64,000 nt of DNA from Candidatus Bathyarchaeota archaeon (GCA_963733055.1 CAVTBR010000003.1:1-64000); one strand, 5' to 3'; positions 1 through 10,816 are shown, numbered from the stretch's first letter. Numbers and translations: made by a program. The notes: generated by a model not told the origin, from the letters alone.

Positions 1-199
1 ATGACCGATCCCGATCGCCGTCATTCCCCAAAAAGGAATCAAAGGTCCTGAAACTAAAGTTGGAGAATGGGACCTCAGGATAGTTCACTAGTCGCGAGGT
101 ATCATTGCCTTTGATGTTGCGGAGTAAGATGAAGAGGTTCTCCGCGCGGAATCTTAAGGTTGATTCGCCAGACGATTTGGTTGCAGTTGCTTTCTGGGT

Positions 200-518
200 C
201 GAAGGTGCGATTGCTGCGAAGAAAAGGGCAAGCACTACGAAATCTATGAGAACGGTAATCAGGTCCACTGATTGTTGAAAATTGAATATTCGTGAAAGAT
301 CCGAAACAATTTCCTTCAGAGAGAACAACAGAAACGCTGAGGCGACGAGCGTGAGAGGGGCTTGTCCTCCGTCTGGACCAGGCGTACAGTGACAGTAGGA
401 ATAGAGCGAACGCAAAGATCGCGACCAGGGTATGTAGGTCTAGATCGATGTCTAATGTTCAAGCCCTACAATTCGATCCACCTGCAACGCCACCGCCCAA
501 AGATAATCAATTGCCATC
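200..518 (-). pseudogene. small membrane protein, frameshifted (similar to 13362..13643); boundaries approximate
   Basis: Minus strand reads LDLHTLVAIFAFALFLLSLYAWSRRR, then in another frame QAPLTLVASAFLLFSLKEIV...VDLITVLIDFVVLALFFAAIA. Indel near 370, probably a sequencing error. Confidence 0.4.
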
Positions 519-532
519 CTGACATCCACACC

Positions 533-1077
533 TCATTCGTCGATCTCCCGTTCCATATCCAAAATTATGTTTGCTAACCTATCCGCCCATCTTTCCCAGC
601 GCAGGATGATAACTCCTAAGAAGCAGGAGTATCTCAGCTCGATCACCTCGAACGAGATACCGCACGTCATCCGGTCATGTTTAGCCTCGACAAGTCCAGT
701 GTCAGATAACCTCTGCATATGCCAATTAATTGACGCAGGAGAAATTCTCACATATTCGGAAACTTCCTTCTGAGTTGCGTCAGGGTTCTGAATCAGAAAA
801 AGCAGGATGTCTCTATCCGTTTCCTGGGACAACGTGTCAAGTATCTCCAGCTGCCTGTCTCCGAAAACATGGTCGTGTACAACCTCTTGTGCAAGCCTCT
901 TCTGCGAGAGATTATCTTTTGTTCTCTTTCAAGTCCATATAGATGATATTGAATCACGCCTATCGCTAGGTTCAACTCTCGCTTTATCTCCCGTAGGTAG
1001 CTTCCTGGATGTGTCCGAATAAACTCGAATATTCGTATGCGTCTAGATTCATGATCTTCCTCTCTACGCACATCCAA
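533..1077 (-). CDS. tandem winged helix-turn-helix transcriptional regulator, broken by single-base indels
   Basis: ORF 793..1077 (RIFEFIRTHPGSYLREIKRELNLAIGVIQYHL) and ORF 533..832 (ILLFLIQNPDATQKEVSEYVRISPASINWHMQRL) are two HTH halves that join with a 1-nt shift near 870. Further compensating shifts occur near 590-670. Confidence 0.75.
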
Positions 1078-1318
1078 CCCTTATCATCACAATTAAGTCA
1101 GCCCACACCAAGTCTCTAACGCATACAAATGTGGGCCGGTCCAAAATTGGGTTATGAACCTTCTGGTACAAACATCATAAAGACAATGAGAATTGACAAA
1201 TGCCAAGGGGTCCAAATTCCGAATCAGATTCTGCGTATTACAGACTTGTTAATGTTAATGGTATTTTGAGATTTGTACCAATCTGTTTTAATTGAAAATT
1301 ACTTGATGTGTCACAGAG

Positions 1319-1522
1319 ATGATCCAAATGCAGTCACTTACCTTGGAAAAAACCCAACACCCAAGAACCCATTCGACTTGCCAGCATGTGCAAGTGCACG
1401 AAATCGGGGAAGATTTTGACCAGGATGGGAAAATGCTGAGGCTGGCGAGGTGCATAACGTGTGGTCTCTTAATTCGAGAGTATTGTGAGCAGAGTAAACT
1501 AATCATACATATCGAACCCTGA
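1319..1522 (+). CDS. small hypothetical protein, possibly Zn-binding
   Basis: 67 aa with CxH...CxxC; the only plausible ORF in this gap. Confidence 0.35.
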   Translation: MIQMQSLTLEKTQHPRTHSTCQHVQVHEIGEDFDQDGKMLRLARCITCGLLIREYCEQSKLIIHIEP

Positions 1523-1652
1523 CAGAGAATGAGTTGTTGTGCCGGTCTGGGGATCAAGTTAGTCTGCGAGCAACAGGTAACGAGTCGCTAATCTTGTCCA
1601 CGCCAAAAGCAGCAGCCAACTCCATCTCTGGTAAGGGACCGTCAGCCTAATC

Positions 1653-2282
1653 ATGGGTAAGTTGTCCCGAATACTTCGGGGAAACGTTATGCCCTCCAAG
1701 CAGCCCTCAGAAAAAAAGCACAGGCTAAGCAAAGCAGAAAGAATTGCTATTCCGTTGATAGCTGTTATTGTGGTCTGGGTAGTCTATTCAATAATGCAAC
1801 CGTCCGTACCGATCCAACAACAGACCCAAGTTCCGTCTAACACATCATCATCGAACGCACTTGACTTCACGTTACCCGTGATTGGAACAAACGGGCCGAC
1901 GGGTGATTCGTTCTCATTATCATCACTTCAAGGGAAAATCGTATTCCTAGAGTTCATGGAACCCTGGTGTACCCATTGCCAATCGATGGCTCCAATCCTA
2001 GGGCAACTGCACCAGAAATACGGTGGCAACGTAACCTTCGTTAGCGTTTCTGGTCCGTGGAACGGGGTCACACAGTTTGACGTGGCGAAATTCATGAGGG
2101 ACTACGGGTCGAATTGGACAAACGTGTATGACTCGAGCGGCTCCATCATGAGTAGGTATGGCGTTAAGGCCACGCCAACTTTCTTCATCATTGGCAGGGA
2201 TGGTGGGATCGTAACATCACTTCAGGGTGAACAGACCTATTCTACGCTCGAAAGCATGATCATTCAGTCGTTGCGAAGCTAG
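1653..2282 (+). CDS. membrane-anchored TlpA/ResA-family thiol-disulfide oxidoreductase
   Basis: N-terminal TM helix, DFTL motif, WCTHC active site, cis-Pro TPT motif. Confidence 0.9.
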   Translation: MGKLSRILRGNVMPSKQPSEKKHRLSKAERIAIPLIAVIVVWVVYSIMQPSVPIQQQTQVPSNTSSSNALDFTLPVIGTNGPTGDSFSLSSLQGKIVFLEFMEPWCTHCQSMAPILGQLHQKYGGNVTFVSVSGPWNGVTQFDVAKFMRDYGSNWTNVYDSSGSIMSRYGVKATPTFFIIGRDGGIVTSLQGEQTYSTLESMIIQSLRS

Positions 2283-2410
2283 TGGAATTCGGTTAGCACT
2301 TCTCGCAACGGCAAGTTCAGTTACAAGAATCACTAAGACTCCTTAAACCGGACATGCACCACCCGCTTTGGCGTGGTGGATTTGGCGACTGGTCAGAGCG
2401 AAGAAATCAG

Positions 2411-4255
2411 TTGACTGAGTCCAAAATCGCACTGCCAGTAATACTCGCCCCTATCACGATTCTAAGTTGGCTTGTCCTAGTAATCCTCAATTCAGAACAG
2501 CTGAGCGATGTGCTTGCACTATTTGTTGCCGGCGTCGGCTCGATCATAATGTTCTATCAGGCGATCAAAGAGATTAGACGTGGAAATCTGAGCATTGATC
2601 TTCTCGCCAGCATCGCTGTGGTCTCCGCAATACTAATTCATGAATTTCTCCCCGCCGCGATTGTCGTGCTCATGCTGCTCGGTGGACAAGCAATTGAAGA
2701 GTACGCGGCAGGCAGGGCTTCGAGGACAATAGATGGCTTGGTCAAGATGCGTCCGGTTACCGCGAATGTGCTGAAAGCCAATGGGGAGGTATTGACCGTG
2801 CCAATAGAGGAATTGAGAGTAAACGACATCGTCGTGGTTAAGCCAGGCGATCGAATCCCTGTAGACGGTACCGTCGTGTCAGGTTCGGCTGCGGTGGATG
2901 AGTCTTCAATAACGGGTGAGTCCGTCCCTGTCGAGAAAAAGATTGACGGAAGCGTGTTGAGCGGTACTATCTGCCTGAATGGGATCCTACAGATAGGTGC
3001 CTCCAGGGTTGGGGAGGATACAAAGTTCGCTCACATCATCAGGCTCGTAAGGGAGGCGCAAGGTAGCAAGGCTAGAATTCAACGAGTAGCCGATCAGTAT
3101 GCGAAATGGTTTACGCCGATAATTCTTCTTCTCGCGGCTCTCACCTACGTAATAACAGGCCAACCAGTAAGGTCGGTCACCGTACTTATCGCTGCAAGCC
3201 CTTGTCCGTTGCTTTTGGCCACTCCTGTGGCGGTGGTGTCTGCGATTGGTCGAGCGGCCAAGTTAGGTATCCTAGTGAGAAGCGGAAGTTCTATGGAGCT
3301 GGCAGGCTCGGTTGACGCTGTCGTATTCGACAAGACTGGAACTCTAACCGAAGGAAAATTGAAGGTTGTTCGCATCCAATCGTTCACCGGCATGGAGTCT
3401 GTTCAAGTAGCTAGGTACGCTGCCATCGCCGAGAAATTCTCAACTCACCCAATCGGCAAGGCAATTGTCATGTACGCGAGTGAACACGGCATCAAGGTAA
3501 ACGACCCTAAGGAGTTCAGAGAGATTCCAGGCGAAGGGGTCTTGGTAGATTTCGAAGGCGTCAAGATTTCCTTTGGAAACCTTCGATTCATCGAGAATCA
3601 ACTGATTCACATACCATCAGACGCGAAAAACTTTCTACAGGACTCCAGCGGTCGAGCTGAGACAACCCTTCTGCTCGCACAGAATGGAGCGGTCTCCGGA
3701 GCGATTGGTTTGGCGGATGTTTTGAAACCGAACGCTAAGATCGCTATTGCAAATTTGAGGAACGCTGGAATAGACGATATCACAATTCTAACCGGCGACG
3801 GTAGAAGAGCGGGCGAATCGGTTGCCAAAGAATTAGGTGTGAACGTCGTTTCAGAGGTATTGCCTGACGAAAAAGCGTTGTATATCCAGAAATTAAAGCG
3901 GAATGAGCGCCACGTAGCTATGGTGGGTGATGGGATAAACGACGCGCCTGCACTAGCTACTGCCGATGTCGGCATCGCGATGGGTGCAGCGGGTTCCGAT
4001 GTCGCTATTGAAACAGCGGATTTCACGATTATGGCAGACGATGTAGTCAAGGTTCCTGAAGCTATAAAGCTCAGTAGAGGTATGCTTCGGATTGCAAAGC
4101 AGAGCATCACCGTCGGGTTACTCGCAACCGGGTTAGGCGTAGCACTTTCGGCGTTTGGTATCCTAAACCCAATACTTGGAGCTACTTTTCACGAATGCGG
4201 CGACCTCTTCGTCATATTGAATTCTGCCCGCGCATTCACAACCAAAGTTACGTGA
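2411..4255 (+). CDS. heavy-metal-translocating P1B-type ATPase
   Basis: TGES, SPCP, DKTGTLT, HP and GDGINDAP motifs. Start placed at TTG 2411; the ORF is open from 2354. Confidence 0.95.
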   Translation: MTESKIALPVILAPITILSWLVLVILNSEQLSDVLALFVAGVGSIIMFYQAIKEIRRGNLSIDLLASIAVVSAILIHEFLPAAIVVLMLLGGQAIEEYAAGRASRTIDGLVKMRPVTANVLKANGEVLTVPIEELRVNDIVVVKPGDRIPVDGTVVSGSAAVDESSITGESVPVEKKIDGSVLSGTICLNGILQIGASRVGEDTKFAHIIRLVREAQGSKARIQRVADQYAKWFTPIILLLAALTYVITGQPVRSVTVLIAASPCPLLLATPVAVVSAIGRAAKLGILVRSGSSMELAGSVDAVVFDKTGTLTEGKLKVVRIQSFTGMESVQVARYAAIAEKFSTHPIGKAIVMYASEHGIKVNDPKEFREIPGEGVLVDFEGVKISFGNLRFIENQLIHIPSDAKNFLQDSSGRAETTLLLAQNGAVSGAIGLADVLKPNAKIAIANLRNAGIDDITILTGDGRRAGESVAKELGVNVVSEVLPDEKALYIQKLKRNERHVAMVGDGINDAPALATADVGIAMGAAGSDVAIETADFTIMADDVVKVPEAIKLSRGMLRIAKQSITVGLLATGLGVALSAFGILNPILGATFHECGDLFVILNSARAFTTKVT

Positions 4256-4404
4256 CGAAACGCGCATGGTTTAGGCTAGGTCGTGGTTTTTCAAGCTTGA
4301 TTCGAATAGGGTAATGAGTACTCGTGGAGAGCTTGCAAGGATGAGTCGAATTTGACAAAATTCTTTTTCTCTGCGCGAGTTCAACTCGGAAGTAGAATGT
4401 CGAG

Positions 4405-5448
4405 ATGAAGCGAGTTACTGGTCTGCTATTTGCGTTCGTCGTAGCTTATTCGATGCTTTTCGTGCTCTCAGTTCTCTTCATCGTGCCACGGTACCTTTCG
4501 GGGAATCTCATCGGCTTCCTCCTATCAGAACTCACGGACACCGAGCCAGAGGGCAAATTCATTCTCTCATTCTCCTCTGCATTGATTTGGACAGTCGTTC
4601 CTCTCACCGCAATCGGCCTCTGCATAACCTCTATGGTAACTTACAGTACGTCAACAAGATTCACTGAGCCGTTGAGGAGGTTAAGTCAGCTCGGATCCGT
4701 CTTATTCTTCGCTGCAAGTTTCCTTCCTGCAGCGTTGGTCGTGAGGGAGCTGCTCGGGTTCAAGGTGCTCGGAGTGGCGCTTCCGGGCTTTCTGAGTGTT
4801 CTTAATGGGTTCGTTCTTATTCTGAAAGACAGCTTCAACCCTGCATCCCTAATGGGACGTAGAGGAGTATGGGTTGTGCCCATTGTTATATTCGTGGAGA
4901 CTGGCCTCTTCTTCGGTTTCTTTCTTCCTGGCGATTCGCTTCTGTTGACGGTTGGGGTTCTTGCGGCTGTTGGATATGTGGACCTAACGGCTTTGATCCT
5001 TCTATCAATCCTGGGGGCCATTCTGGGAGATCAGTTAGGATATGCGATCGGGCGTTGGTCTGGTAGTGCGCTTGCGAATAAATTTCACTTCGTGAGCGAG
5101 AATTTGGAGCGGGCGTGTGAGTTCTTCGATAGGTATGGGGGTAAGGCGGTTGTATTGGCGCGGTTTGTACCGGTGGTGCGAACGTTCGCGCCGGTCGTGG
5201 CTGGGGCGGCGGGAATGAGTTATGTCAGATTCACAGTCTCCAATATTGTAGGCGCTGCGCTTTGGGTATTGAGCATTACATTAGCAGGCTATTTTGTAGG
5301 ACGCCAGGTTCCCGTTGTGGCTTCTTACTTGGATCCCATAATTCTAGCCGTGGTCATCTCGTCGCCACTAGTTTGGATGTTGACGTGGATCTGGGGACGA
5401 ACCAAGAAATTGAACGCAACTGGTAGCCGAGCGCTTTCTCAGCGATGA
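4405..5448 (+). CDS. DedA/VTT-domain membrane protein with extra N-terminal TM region
   Basis: IFVETGLFFGFFLPGDSLL, GDQLGYAIGR and ARFVPVVRTFAP DedA motifs. Confidence 0.9.
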   Translation: MKRVTGLLFAFVVAYSMLFVLSVLFIVPRYLSGNLIGFLLSELTDTEPEGKFILSFSSALIWTVVPLTAIGLCITSMVTYSTSTRFTEPLRRLSQLGSVLFFAASFLPAALVVRELLGFKVLGVALPGFLSVLNGFVLILKDSFNPASLMGRRGVWVVPIVIFVETGLFFGFFLPGDSLLLTVGVLAAVGYVDLTALILLSILGAILGDQLGYAIGRWSGSALANKFHFVSENLERACEFFDRYGGKAVVLARFVPVVRTFAPVVAGAAGMSYVRFTVSNIVGAALWVLSITLAGYFVGRQVPVVASYLDPIILAVVISSPLVWMLTWIWGRTKKLNATGSRALSQR

Positions 5449-5502
5449 AAGTAAATCTGAGGTGTGCTGGACCCACTGCGAATCCAAGCCACCGATAGAT
5501 AT

Positions 5503-5569
5503 GGCGAGACTCACGCATAGCGTTGCTCAGTCGTTGTGTTTGAGTGTGGCATCCCACACCAATACCTCT
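5503..5569 (+). repeat. 67-bp direct repeat, copy 1
   Basis: ggcgagactcacgcatagcgttgctcagtcgttgtgtttgagtgtggcatcccacaccaatacctct matches 7050..7116 with 2 mismatches. Confidence 0.95.
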
Positions 5570-5745
5570 GCAGCTTCGGGCACGGTCAACGCTCCCCCAC
5601 CGCCCCAACAGAAACAGACTTGCAACAATGACGACGGCTGTTCGAGCGGCGACGATTAGACACACAACACATCGTTCGGTGTTGGCAGTGCGTTCAACGA
5701 TATGGTTAGTTATCGCGGTTCTCGCTGGCGGTCGCAGGTTTCGGA

Positions 5746-6369
5746 TTGAGTCTCGCCACGCAACAAACGGCAATCCTCGGAACTTACAATTACGCCCAAC
5801 TGCTGGGATGGGGTGCTCTGGCAGCCTCTGGAGGCCTCGTAATTCAAGGCTTCTGGAAGGCTTGGGCGGATAAGCGGTACATGTCCCGATTGCGAGCGAA
5901 CGTGTTAGGGCACGAAGGGGGTCGAGTTATTTCGGAGCTCTACACGGAGAATCGCGTTTACGGTTGGCGGGAAATGCATGTCGCGCTCTCCATCCTCGTA
6001 ACCGTCTTTGCTGCGATTCACGGCCTATTTCTCCTCTCAAGCATCACTTACTCATTCGCAGGCACTTTACTCGGAATTGCAGCTTTCCTGGTTCTCTTAA
6101 CTCTTGGCCTTTCCGGTATCTTCTTGGAGTCGAAGCGCAAGATGAAGGCCTTCGGGTCCATCAAGAAGCTACACCTTTGGTTGATGGTGGGGGCGCTTAT
6201 TCTGGCTGAAGTCCATACACTCACTGTAGGCTCGACTATTGCTCCACTGGGCCCGACTGTTTCCATCTGGCTGTTGTTCGGGACCCTTGGGCTGATAGGA
6301 GCTGGTTCGGAGTACGCCGTCCTCAAGATCCCTAAAACGCTTCTTGAAACCGGAAGTCATCGGCATTAG
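5746..6369 (+). CDS. ferric-reductase-like di-heme b membrane protein
   Basis: Several TM helices with two H-x13-H pairs (HVALSILVTVFAAIH and HLWLMVGALILAEVH). The 5' end may extend upstream across an indel near 5728. Confidence 0.65.
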   Translation: MSLATQQTAILGTYNYAQLLGWGALAASGGLVIQGFWKAWADKRYMSRLRANVLGHEGGRVISELYTENRVYGWREMHVALSILVTVFAAIHGLFLLSSITYSFAGTLLGIAAFLVLLTLGLSGIFLESKRKMKAFGSIKKLHLWLMVGALILAEVHTLTVGSTIAPLGPTVSIWLLFGTLGLIGAGSEYAVLKIPKTLLETGSHRH

Positions 6370-6887
6370 CGGAAGAATCGATCTCCCACGCCGAGAGGGC
6401 GCTGCAAAAGATTGCCATGTTGGCTGCAGGGACCGCCGTTGCAGTAACATTCGGTGGAGTGGCTACGTGGGCAGCAGAAATGGCCCCTTCAATTCAAGCT
6501 CCCTCACAGACACAGTCCCAAGTCCAGCAGCCCGTGGTTCAACCACAGACGGCCACTAATTCACAGGATCCCATTCCTGCGGGAGTCAAAATCGGTAATA
6601 TCGCCAACATTCCGGTGAATTCTTCCATCTATTTTACGGACCAACAAGGAAATCCGGACATATTGGTCAGGCTTCAGAACGGAAGCGTAGTTGCGTATTC
6701 TTCAACCTGCACCCACAGGCCTTGCACTGTAGGTTACGATAGCTCATCCTCCACGATAAGATGCCCTTGTCACGGTGCAGCGTTCGACCCGTCCCACGCC
6801 GCGGCGGTCCTCCAAGGCCCGGCTCAATTCCCATTACCCTCAGTCACCTTGACCGTCGATTCCAACGGCAACATATGGGCAGCATAG
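6344..6887 (+). CDS. Rieske [2Fe-2S] protein with Tat signal (1-nt frameshift at GGG 6397-6399)
   Basis: CTHRPC and CPCHG Rieske boxes plus GPA. Removing one G gives ...LPRREALQKIAMLAAGTAVAV, a twin-arginine signal. Confidence 0.9.
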
Positions 6888-7049
6888 TCACAATACAATA
6901 CAGTCAGTCCCAAGCCCTCCGCAATCATACGCAGTGGGTTAGGTCGGAGATTCTCTGCGAGGTAGGATTCGATACCTATCGATTGCCACTCGTCAACTTC
7001 TACTTGATCGGCTGATTCGAACCGCCATCTTTCTGATCGCAGTAGGCAC

Positions 7050-7116
7050 GGCGAGACTCACACATAGCGTTGCTCAGTCGTTGTGTTTGAGTGTGGCAAC
7101 CCACACCAATACCTCT
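7050..7116 (+). repeat. 67-bp direct repeat, copy 2
   Basis: 65/67 identical to 5503..5569. Confidence 0.95.
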
Positions 7117-7370
7117 TCGGTTAGGATTTCTCGTATAGCTGAAGGACGTTTGAAAGCATCTTCGATCCTAGACGCTTCGAGCATGGTAATGTCGGGTTAC
7201 CTATCCCACTGTCCCCGCCATCTCGCGGGTACAACCTACATGTGTTTTTTCGAAGTTTGCAGTAGGCGTAGATGTTCAATCCGGCGGAAAGACAAATGTT
7301 TGAAGTACCAGCTTTCCAATGTTGGAAAACGTATTCCTGCTTAATAGTGCGTTTCTCTCTCCGACGATGC

Positions 7371-8049
7371 ATGAACGATAGGGTTCTCTTAGGCGTCGTA
7401 ATACTGACGCTTGGTCATCGCAGGCGCGTCCCTGACACAAACTTTTCTCCTAACTGCCGCGGTGTCCGATCAAAGTAGGCACATCGATCAGTTGGCCTCA
7501 CAATTTGGAGACCTTGCAGGAATCGTATCGTCTCTCATGACTACGCAGAGCAGTCCGACCACGCAATCGAACGTCGTTTACTTGTACGTCGTTCCCGATT
7601 TCGGTGGGTCCACTTATGACGCTTTTGTTCTGCCCGCATCCTTCAGTGGCACCGCACCAAACGCGTCATCGACTACCGGGACCGCGCCGAACAATAACAT
7701 AACTGTGACGCACGGTGTACCAATCAAATTCGTGATCAGCAACATAGATACTGCGGTGCTACAGAACTTCACTGGCCAAGTCTCAGTTCCCTTCACAATC
7801 TACAACGATACGAATTCCGGTCAAGTGGCCCTACAGTACACCCAGGGTCAGACAATATCCAACATGGCCATCAGCCACACGTTTAGCATCCCCAATCTGC
7901 AAGTGAACATCCCCATACCGCCGGACACGATGATCGTGTTCACTTACACCTTCAGCACGCCTGGTGTCTACTCCTACCTGTGTGTTACACCGTGCGGTGC
8001 GGGTATGGGATTACCGGGCTACATGCTAGGTTACATAACAGTCACTTAA
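7371..8049 (+). CDS. membrane-anchored cupredoxin-fold protein (1-nt frameshift near 7411)
   Basis: MNDRVLLGVVILT joins LVIAGASL as one TM anchor. C-terminus has SHTF...PGVYSYLCVTPCGAGMGLPGYMLGYITV. Confidence 0.75.
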
Positions 8050-8068
8050 CCGCGGTTGGTGCTTCCCG

Positions 8069-8877
8069 ATGGGACTCTCTAGGCGGCAATTCCTAACATT
8101 GCGGGTTCAGCCGCTGGAGGAGCAGCGTTCGTTAGCATAATGCAAAACCTTCAACCCCTAACCGCTGCAGAAACCACCCAACTTACTAGCGTCCAGGATC
8201 CAAACGTCAAGAAATGGATCTGGGTAATCGATCTGGGGAAATGTGACGGATGTAAGAAGTGTACAGAAGCTTGCACAGTTGAGATGCGAGTTCCGCCGGC
8301 TTGGGGCGAACCAGAATATGAGGGCTACCAGCCATGGATCCAAGTCTTTGGCACAGTAGGTTCGGATCAACGAGCCTTCTTCATGCCTGTTCCGTGCCAG
8401 AACTGCCAGAATGCGCCCTGCGTAAAGGTGTGCCCTGTCGGGGCCAATTACTACAGTGAAGATGGCATTGTGATGGTCGACCAGCTTCGATGCGTGGGAA
8501 CCAGGATCTGTATAGGCGCCTGTCCGTATGAGAGACGATTCTTCAACTGGTTCGATCCTCCCGTTTCTAAAGAAGAGCAGAGCATACCCTACTCACCCGA
8601 CTACAACATTCCTCATCGGAGAGGTGTTGTGGAGAAGTGCATTTGGTGCAGGCACCGTGTCGTGGTCGGTAAGGTTCCTGCGTGCGTAGAAGCTTGCGCG
8701 AAAGCTGGAATGAAGGTGTTATGGTTTGGAGACGCGGCTCAGGATGCGGTAAGCGACGGGGAGGAGGTGGTTAGCCTGTCCCAGATGATCAAAGATAGGG
8801 GAGCATACCGACTGAAAGAGGATCTTGGGACGGACCCGCGAGTACTCTACCTTCCGCCCCAAGGAGGCTCCACCTAG
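8069..8877 (+). CDS. NrfC/DmsB-type Fe-S cluster protein with Tat signal (1-nt deletion near 8098)
   Basis: CDGCKKCTEAC, CQNCQNAPCVKVCP, CVGTRICIGACP and KCIWC. ATG 8069 gives MGLSRRQFLT, which continues as IAGSAAGGAAF in the next frame. Confidence 0.9.
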
Positions 8878-10814
8878 TGCAGCAGGCAAAAAACAAGACC
8901 GACAAGCTCTTAGAACCGCTCGCCCGCCATTCAATTGGCTATTACCTGTTAGTTTCTGCGCTCCTCGCCATATGTTGCTGGGGATTATACGCATATGCTG
9001 TCCAAGCTTCAAGCGGTATCGGCGTACTAGGGGTTAGAAGCGAAGTGATGTGGGGTGTGTACATCACAAACTTCGTGTTTTTCATAGGCATCAGCCACGT
9101 CGGTGCGCTAATGTCCGCCATACTTCGACTGACAAGCGCCGATTGGAGAAAACCAATCACGAGGCTTGCTGAAGTTGTGACATTCGCATCGCTGCTCGCG
9201 GCTATTACATGGCCTATCGCTCATTTAGGAAGGCCGGATCGTTGGATCAATCTACTCATTTACCCGAAGCTCCAGTCACCGCTCGTGTGGGATCTACTTT
9301 GCATAGGAACTTACACGATAGGAAGCACCCTTTTCCTCTACCTACCATTGATACCTGATATCGCAAAGTGCAGGGACAGGCTGAAAAACGCCTCAAGATT
9401 CAGGCGATGGATATACTCTGTCCTCTCACTCGGTTGGACAGGCTCAGAATATGAACTGAAATACTTGGAGAAAGCCATCGGAATCGTAACGATCCTGATC
9501 ATACCGATTGCGATCTCAGTTCATACCGTCGTATCATGGGATTTTGCGATGCAGCTGAGAACCGGATGGGACAGCACGATATTCGGACCTTACTTTGTTG
9601 CGGGAGCGCTCCTATCGGGAGTTGCTACGGTCCTGCTGGTAATGGCAGTATTAACCAAGTTCTACCATCTTGATGAGTTCATTACGCGTAAGCACTTCGA
9701 TTACATGGCAACACTTCTGCTCGCGCTTGACATTGTGCTGATATACTTCACTATTAACGAGTTCATGGTTCCAGGGTACAAGATCTTAGGCCAAAGCACC
9801 TTGGAGGGGCAATGGCTCAGTAGTCTTCTTTGGGGAATGTACTGGCCCAGATTCTGGTTCCAGATAATAGCTGGATTGATTCTGCCCGCCATCATTTTGG
9901 CAGTACCCAAGACTAGGACAATTACAGGTTACTTAGTGGCTGCGCTTCTTGTTGATATTGGGATGTGGTTGGAGCGATTCAACATAGTCGTCCCAAGCCT
10001 CGCATTGCCACAGTTACCATACGCTTGGGGATTATATTCGCCCACTTGGGTAGAAATCTCAACCACGGCAGCCTCATTCGCCGGTTTCGCACTTGTCTAT
10101 CTACTATTCACCAGAACCTTTCCCATAGTCTCAATCTGGGAGAATGTCGATCAGAGTGGCCCGTCAACTCACGGGAAACTGTCCACCAAAGTCCTCTCTG
10201 CACCTACAAGAACAATGATTGCTGGAGGTGATTCTGTTTCTGGCTCACGCCGGCGATTCCTGAGCTATGGCGCTATGATGATAGCAGGATTCGCGCTTGG
10301 TTCCATTACGCCAAACATTGCAACAGCTGTGGTTGGCGGCATGAAGAACAACCCAACGGAGGTCACCGTACCGATTGCGAACCTTGGCGAAAGTGTTTCC
10401 CTCAACGATGCCAGATCGATGGCGAAATTTCAGGTGGAAAAACCGTCGAGAATGCCGAGGGGAAGCAGACTCAACGACGTAAGAGTTGGAAACGACGGAG
10501 CATTAGTGACATTGCTTTACGATAACCCAGCCGTTCCAACGATCTCTATGTACGCAGCTGCCGTTGGCTTTGCAGTCCTAGAGATGGCTGATCCTAAGAT
10601 TGATTCTCCACCAACCCATCTACCGAATGAGTTCAAGCCAGTCAAGGTCAACTTGAACAGTGGTTTCGCAAGAGAATCTAGTGGCGCGGAATTCGACAAC
10701 AGAGACGAGCCCACCCAACTTCAATGGTGGCAAGGCGGAGTACACTTCGTCATGCTCGCGAACCTTCCAGTCGAACAACTCAGACAGATAGCTGAGTCGA
10801 TGGAGCCAATCTAA
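8877..10814 (+). CDS. nrfD: NrfD/PsrC/ActC-family quinone-interacting membrane subunit with C-terminal extension
   Basis: WGVYITNFVFFIGISHVG, HLGRP, SPLVWD, SVHTVVSWDF, IFGPYFVAGA and GMWLERF motifs. Confidence 0.9.
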   Translation: MQQAKNKTDKLLEPLARHSIGYYLLVSALLAICCWGLYAYAVQASSGIGVLGVRSEVMWGVYITNFVFFIGISHVGALMSAILRLTSADWRKPITRLAEVVTFASLLAAITWPIAHLGRPDRWINLLIYPKLQSPLVWDLLCIGTYTIGSTLFLYLPLIPDIAKCRDRLKNASRFRRWIYSVLSLGWTGSEYELKYLEKAIGIVTILIIPIAISVHTVVSWDFAMQLRTGWDSTIFGPYFVAGALLSGVATVLLVMAVLTKFYHLDEFITRKHFDYMATLLLALDIVLIYFTINEFMVPGYKILGQSTLEGQWLSSLLWGMYWPRFWFQIIAGLILPAIILAVPKTRTITGYLVAALLVDIGMWLERFNIVVPSLALPQLPYAWGLYSPTWVEISTTAASFAGFALVYLLFTRTFPIVSIWENVDQSGPSTHGKLSTKVLSAPTRTMIAGGDSVSGSRRRFLSYGAMMIAGFALGSITPNIATAVVGGMKNNPTEVTVPIANLGESVSLNDARSMAKFQVEKPSRMPRGSRLNDVRVGNDGALVTLLYDNPAVPTISMYAAAVGFAVLEMADPKIDSPPTHLPNEFKPVKVNLNSGFARESSGAEFDNRDEPTQLQWWQGGVHFVMLANLPVEQLRQIAESMEPI

Positions 10815-10816
10815 CA

